Assembly: GCA_036379355.1 (NCBI GenBank)
Contig: DASVGV010000081.1
Location: 6,923 to 70,922 of the forward strand
Direction of reading: 5' to 3'
DNA: 64,000 nucleotides
DNA from: Mycobacteriales bacterium
GTDB lineage: Bacteria; Actinomycetota; Actinomycetes; Mycobacteriales; CAJCIY01
In this document: positions 63,251-64,000 of the stretch, in pieces
Layout: each line of letters opens with the position of its first letter
Numbering within the stretch: the stretch's first letter is position 1
Position numbers and translations under genes: made by a program
Notes under the pieces: generated by a model
What the model saw: only the letters and a program-made list of their open reading frames with translations
Told to the model about the DNA's origin: nothing
Database searches by the model: none

Positions 63251-63669
63251 CGGCGCCGACCACGCCGGTGCGGATGCGCGCCGACTGGCTCCTGCGCACC
63301 TACCGCACCCTCGCGTACATCACGGGGGTGTTCCTGCCGATCCTGTTCGGCGGCGCGATCTACGGGCTGGCGACCCGGGCGTCCGGCGAGACGTGGAAGC
63401 AGGCCGCCGGCCGGCCCACTGTCGTGGAGATCATCGGACCGCTGCACGGCTTCCTCTACATCGCCCTGGTGATCTGCGTGGGCCTGCTGATGATCCGCGA
63501 GCGGTGGAACCCGGTGTTCGCGGTGCCGGTGGCGCTGGCCGGCACGATCCCGTTCCTGTCGTTCGTCGCCGAGCACTTCGTCACGCGGCGAGTACGGGCT
63601 CGTCGAACTGCTCCGGAGACGGCGGCGCCGGGGCTCGAGACGACCGGTGGCGCCAGCCGTCGAGGGTGA
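63247..63669 (+). CDS. DUF3817-like membrane protein
   Basis: This is the 3' part of ORF 62332..63669 from GTG 63247. Motifs are 'LRTYRTLAYITGVFL', 'GPLHGFLYIALVI' and 'AGTIPFLSFVAEH'. Confidence 0.65.
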   Translation: MTAPTTPVRMRADWLLRTYRTLAYITGVFLPILFGGAIYGLATRASGETWKQAAGRPTVVEIIGPLHGFLYIALVICVGLLMIRERWNPVFAVPVALAGTIPFLSFVAEHFVTRRVRARRTAPETAAPGLETTGGASRRG

Positions 63670-64000
63670 GCACGATCAGCGCGACCCAGACCAGGCAGAA
63701 CCCGACCAGCTCGGACGTCGGCAGCGGCTCGTGCCGGATCCCGACGCCGACCCCGAGCTGCAGGACCGGCGTGAGGTACTGCAGCAGGCCGAGCTGGGAA
63801 AGCGGCAACCGGCTCGCCGCCCCGGCGAAGAACAGCAACGGCACGGCGGTCACGGCACCCGCGGACACCAGGAGCCAGGCGTGCCCGGCGCCGTGGCCGG
63901 CGAACGTCCCGTCTCCGGTGGTGTTCAGAGCGACCAGTACCACGACCCACGGCACGGTGAGGACACCGGCCTCCACGAACAGCCCGTCCAGCGCGGGCAC
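63581..64000 (-). CDS. EamA/RarD-family transporter; 5' end lies outside the window
   Basis: This is the 139-aa C-terminal part, with 'LLFFAGAASRLPLSQLGLLQYLTPVLQL' and 'LVGFCLVWVALIVLT'. The frame is open to position 64000. Confidence 0.7.
   Translation of the reverse strand: MPALDGLFVEAGVLTVPWVVVLVALNTTGDGTFAGHGAGHAWLLVSAGAVTAVPLLFFAGAASRLPLSQLGLLQYLTPVLQLGVGVGIRHEPLPTSELVGFCLVWVALIVLTLDGWRHRSSRAPAPPSPEQFDEPVLAA

Noticed and set aside
63581-63669. 89-nt convergent overlap between the DUF3817-like gene and the RarD-like gene. There is also a 14-nt overlap at 47254..47267 and abutting stops at 8654..8659.
   Set aside because: The tails of both proteins in the overlap are low-complexity. Convergent 3' overlaps and zero-length spacers are common in compact high-GC genomes, and nothing suggests function.
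1-64000. Scan for tRNA/rRNA genes, CRISPR arrays, IS elements, integrases and phage or defence-type genes.
   Set aside because: I saw no T-loop-like GGTTCGAATCC contexts with cloverleaf potential. I saw no regularly spaced identical repeats of 25-40 nt. No transposase, integrase, recombinase or nuclease/helicase-type ORFs appeared among the credible frames. This was an eye scan only and is not exhaustive.

Overview
This 64-kb window is very G+C-rich, with nearly all third codon positions G or C and many GTG starts. It looks like part of an actinobacterial-type chromosome. I can support about 55 densely packed protein-coding genes, many joined by 4-nt ATGA/GTGA start-stop overlaps. By eye I found no rRNA, tRNA, CRISPR array, transposase, integrase or phage genes. 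The many very long ORFs in the track (for example 3378..7985, 12705..17267, 26571..30035) are mostly antisense or out-of-frame shadows typical of high-GC DNA.

Gene content from left to right:
- 1-14.7 kb: a glyoxylate and central-carbon node (ICL/PEP-mutase family, glcD-like oxidase, glcB, glcG, an aconitase-family enzyme). It also holds a KdpD-core/KdpE-like two-component pair divergent from a long APC-type permease, a diguanylate cyclase and an aldehyde dehydrogenase.
- 14.7-21.4 kb: a sugar ABC importer module preceded by an unusual soluble histidine kinase and an OmpR-type regulator.
- 21.4-27.9 kb: a methyltransferase, a PaaK-like ligase, and GH42 beta-galactosidase-galT-galK.
- 27.9-39.6 kb: a hydrolase and oxidoreductase-rich stretch (Ntn acylase lipoprotein, BVMO-esterase fusion, amidohydrolase, CocE/NonD hydrolase, Tat-exported molybdo-hydroxylase).
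- 39.6-47.3 kb: moaA, a NiCoT Ni/Co permease, an SCO copper chaperone, an amidase and a lipoprotein serine hydrolase.
- 47.3-64 kb: MFS pumps, a NarL-type two-component system, MOSC, DUF488, a PLP lyase/decarboxylase, an acyl-CoA dehydrogenase operon with an exported hemerythrin-like protein, a pentapeptide-repeat protein, MarR plus a DHA2 pump, and small conserved membrane proteins.

The best candidate for something undescribed is the gene at 14721..17183. It encodes one polypeptide with a complete ABC-transporter nucleotide-binding domain fused to two GAF-like regions and a HisKA/HATPase kinase core. That domain is a close paralogue of the transporter's own half-size ATPase encoded 2 kb downstream. 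The gene is translationally coupled to a response regulator and sits directly upstream of the cognate SBP-ATPase-permease operon, with GTTTAC-type direct repeats in the operon's leader.

All calls come from manual reading of the ORF track and the sequence. No database search was possible, so novelty statements are unverified.
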